Shown: positions 63,301 to 64,000 of the stretch, one piece after another
Layout of the letters: each line of letters opens with the position of its first letter
How positions within the stretch are numbered: position 1 is the first letter of the stretch
From: Octopus vulgaris
Taxonomy: Eukaryota
Length of the DNA: 64,000 nucleotides
Reading direction: 5' to 3'
Assembly: GCA_951406725.2 (NCBI GenBank)
Contig: OX597824.1
Coordinates: 44,578,001-44,642,000 of the forward strand
The notes under the pieces: generated by a model
Told to the model about the DNA's origin: nothing
What the model saw: only the letters and a program-made list of their open reading frames with translations
The model's database searches: none
Program-made: the position numbers and the translations under genes

Positions 63301-63572
63301 GAATAAAATATCTGATTTCAAGGTGGGGAAATATTGCTAATGATAGCAATTATGCTTTGAATGAAAAAATATATTTACAATGTTTTATGCTGATTTGAAT
63401 TCATTACATGAAATGCAACATTGTTTTTCAGTACTCCTAATATATAGATATATATGATACATGTGTACCTGTGGTTTTTCATCTTATAGTGATAAAAGCA
63501 GCAAAAGGGCTCGTGACCTTCATCTGCTTAAGAAACTGAAGACTCTTTTAAAAGAATGTAACGAAGAATCAG
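24212..63572 (+). CDS. RAB3GAP2: Rab3 GTPase-activating protein non-catalytic subunit, exons 1-15 (gene continues beyond the window)
   Basis: 15 GT-AG exons join in frame (1657 nt, ~552 aa). The product is collinear with recalled human RAB3GAP2 motifs such as [83 protein letters not shown] and VPFHLALSDK. Confidence 0.97.
29129..29305 (+). CDS. RAB3GAP2: RAB3GAP2 exon 2
   Basis: ttag|; DAWSSSWDW...[28 protein letters not shown]; C|gtaagt. Confidence 0.93.
32951..33035 (+). CDS. RAB3GAP2: RAB3GAP2 exon 3
   Basis: tgtag|; [29 protein letters not shown]; GG|gtgagt. Confidence 0.9.
33948..36985 (-). mobile_element. Decayed RTE-clade LINE (partial EN, RT and 3' UTR), antisense in intron 3
   Basis: GNFNGHVG and SQIDYIL (APE), [18 protein letters not shown] (RT), MLHGSETW...GRGRPRKTW. 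(GAT)n tail at about 33950-33963. Same family as 4000-5276; many frameshifts. Confidence 0.92.
37181..37228 (+). CDS. RAB3GAP2: RAB3GAP2 exon 4
   Basis: tgcag|; [15 protein letters not shown]; AA|gtaagc. Confidence 0.93.
38064..38139 (+). CDS. RAB3GAP2: RAB3GAP2 exon 5
   Basis: cacag|; [25 protein letters not shown]; |gtaaga. Confidence 0.95.
38225..41054 (-). pseudogene. LINE ORF2 (APE endonuclease + reverse transcriptase) with three lesions
   Basis: LSLNARS, VTETW, AGDFNHP, TLDLLF, SDH (APE); YLDFAKAF and [13 protein letters not shown] (RT). Lesions: TGA at 39719-39717, +1 frameshift near 39483, and YAD-I in place of YADD at 39034-39026. Confidence 0.9.
41045..42253 (-). CDS. LINE ORF1 protein (~402 aa): PHD-like finger, Q-rich linker, coiled coil, RRM/CTD-like region
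   Basis: Intact ORF from ATG 42253 with CHIC...WVECGTC...CLQC...[25 protein letters not shown] and VIAIGVPE...[17 protein letters not shown]. Confidence 0.85.
43191..43408. mobile_element. piggyBac-type MITE
   Basis: TTAA|CCCTTTTGTTACC ... TTGAAAGG|TTAA. An opposite-orientation relative lies at 31705-31922 and a partial copy starts near 19116. Confidence 0.7.
43465..43830. repeat. Foldback with near-zero spacer and a hammerhead relic
   Basis: Centre TTAGTCCATT-ctcta-AATGGACTAA (about 43659-43683). Arms pair (TCACACATTCTGTGACCTCTT / AAGAGGTCACAGAATGTGTGA) out to about 170 bp with indels. Confidence 0.8.
43975..44076 (+). CDS. RAB3GAP2: RAB3GAP2 exon 6
   Basis: tgtag|; [34 protein letters not shown]; |gtagag. 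Confidence 0.95.
45831..45930 (+). CDS. RAB3GAP2: RAB3GAP2 exon 7
   Basis: ttcag|; [33 protein letters not shown]; G|gtaagt. Confidence 0.96.
46912..47941 (+). mobile_element. hAT transposon 3' fragment (dimerisation domain and 3' TIR)
   Basis: [33 protein letters not shown] matches the hAT C-terminal motif. Ends AAGTTGGCAACACT; frameshifted. Confidence 0.75.
47977..48078 (+). CDS. RAB3GAP2: RAB3GAP2 exon 8
   Basis: ttcag|; [34 protein letters not shown]; G|gtaaat. Confidence 0.95.
48420..48888 (+). mobile_element. Old RTE LINE 3' end
   Basis: MNEDSCIK...[13 protein letters not shown] followed by the AAGGGCATCCA 3' UTR block and a GAT tail. Similar 3' ends at about 27580-27770, 30430-30615 and 62843-63125(-). 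Confidence 0.7.
49864..50012 (+). CDS. RAB3GAP2: RAB3GAP2 exon 9
   Basis: atcag|; [20 protein letters not shown]...SPPA...GFFYAEE; |gtaaga. Confidence 0.95.
51688..51767 (+). CDS. RAB3GAP2: RAB3GAP2 exon 10
   Basis: tatag|; [26 protein letters not shown]; AG|gtagat. Confidence 0.95.
52454..52839. mobile_element. Non-autonomous element with TGT...ACA ends, ~105-bp TIRs and 5-bp TSD (Ginger-like)
   Basis: GTAGG|TGTTGCGATTTTAGTTTTGAT ... ATCAAAACTAAACTCACAACA|GTAGG; arms about 52454-52558 / 52735-52839. Confidence 0.7.
53233..54300 (+). mobile_element. Internally deleted piggyBac element
   Basis: TTAA|CCCTTTCGTTAC ... GTAACGAAAGGG|TTAA. ORF 53494-53886 (acidic N-terminus, ALDYFFLLF...IMVETNHYA) continues past lesions to IIMGIRKLP, the piggyBac transposase N-terminus. 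Confidence 0.9.
54701..54778 (+). CDS. RAB3GAP2: RAB3GAP2 exon 11
   Basis: tacag|; [25 protein letters not shown]; AG|gtaagg. Confidence 0.94.
56433..56572 (+). CDS. RAB3GAP2: RAB3GAP2 exon 12
   Basis: tgcag|; [17 protein letters not shown]...[22 protein letters not shown]; G|gttagt. Confidence 0.96.
58061..58460 (+). mobile_element. Non-autonomous Helitron, second copy
   Basis: A|TCTTTATATATAAAA ... CCCGAGCAACGCGGGG...CTAG|T, with an internal ~100-bp tandem duplication (GTCTACGATGAGTC twice). Confidence 0.85.
59811..59938 (+). CDS. RAB3GAP2: RAB3GAP2 exon 13
   Basis: tttag|; [12 protein letters not shown]...[15 protein letters not shown]; |gtatga. Confidence 0.96.
60982..61181 (+). CDS. 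RAB3GAP2: RAB3GAP2 exon 14
   Basis: cacag|; [15 protein letters not shown]...MGLNNVTS...VPFHLAL; AG|gtaatt. Confidence 0.96.
61769..61936. repeat. Zero-spacer palindrome with a displaced outer arm
   Basis: Inner palindrome about 61794-61867 centred CAGCG|CGTTG (61830/61831). Outer arms about 61769-61797 / 61908-61936. Confidence 0.85.
62065..63440 (+). mobile_element. Decayed mariner element interrupted by an RTE 3'-end insertion
   Basis: TA|TTAGGGGTACTGAAAAATAATG ... CATTGTTTTTCAGTACTCCTAA|TA. Remnants [18 protein letters not shown] and [10 protein letters not shown]; insert at about 62843-63125. Confidence 0.85.
63490..63572 (+). CDS. RAB3GAP2: RAB3GAP2 exon 15
   Basis: tatag|; [28 protein letters not shown]; G|gtaaat. 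Confidence 0.94.
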
Positions 63573-64000
63573 GTAAATTCCATTGTTTATATTTATCAAT
63601 ATATTGATTTGTTCTCTTTTACATATAATGATTTTTTTTACCAAATTCTGTATATTTTATTTTTTTCTTATATTTCATGAAAGGTCACTGGTTTATTTTA
63701 ACAATCATGACTAAGATAATACTAGAATACTGCCTTCATAAATTGTTTCTTAAATTTATTTTGACCTTTTACCATACTTTCAGAGAAGTTGGTGGGAAAG
63801 TTATTTTTATATACAATGAGCTTCTTTCAGTTTCCATTTACCAAATCCACTCGCAAGGATTTAGTCAGCTCAGGCCTTTTGTAAAAGATGTCTGAGGTGC
63901 TATGCTGTTTAGCTGAACCAGAAACTGCTCAGTTGCAAAGAGAACATCTTAACTATACAGCTATGTCTGTGCTTAGATTATAAAATGTACAGCTTACTTC

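Overview
AT-rich, microsatellite-dense eukaryotic genomic DNA. The repeat families and intron style point to a coleoid cephalopod, probably Octopus (inference). One host gene is well supported: RAB3GAP2 on the + strand, with ATG at 24212 and 15 phase-consistent GT-AG exons to 63572 (about 552 codons); it runs off the right edge. Almost everything else is transposon-derived: a full-length, young CR1/L2-group LINE antisense in intron 5 (38156-42727), decayed RTE, R4-like, R2/Hero-like and CR1-like LINE pieces, a Penelope-like GIY-YIG fragment, tRNA-derived SINEs, two Helitrons, and piggyBac, mariner, hAT and Ginger-like elements and MITEs. Most notable: (1) the LINE has a canonical G-GGA-AAC slippery heptamer directly before the ORF1 stop, and ORF2 is AUG-less and in the -1 frame, suggesting programmed -1 frameshifting; (2) several short non-coding foldback elements carry near-intact or relic minimal hammerhead ribozymes related to the Penelope-like terminal repeat; (3) a 13-14 bp AAGGGARRTAAYT(C) motif is shared by unrelated repeat families; (4) two zero-spacer palindromes and a probable intron in the LINE 5' UTR. 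All calls were made by eye; no searches or folding programs were run.
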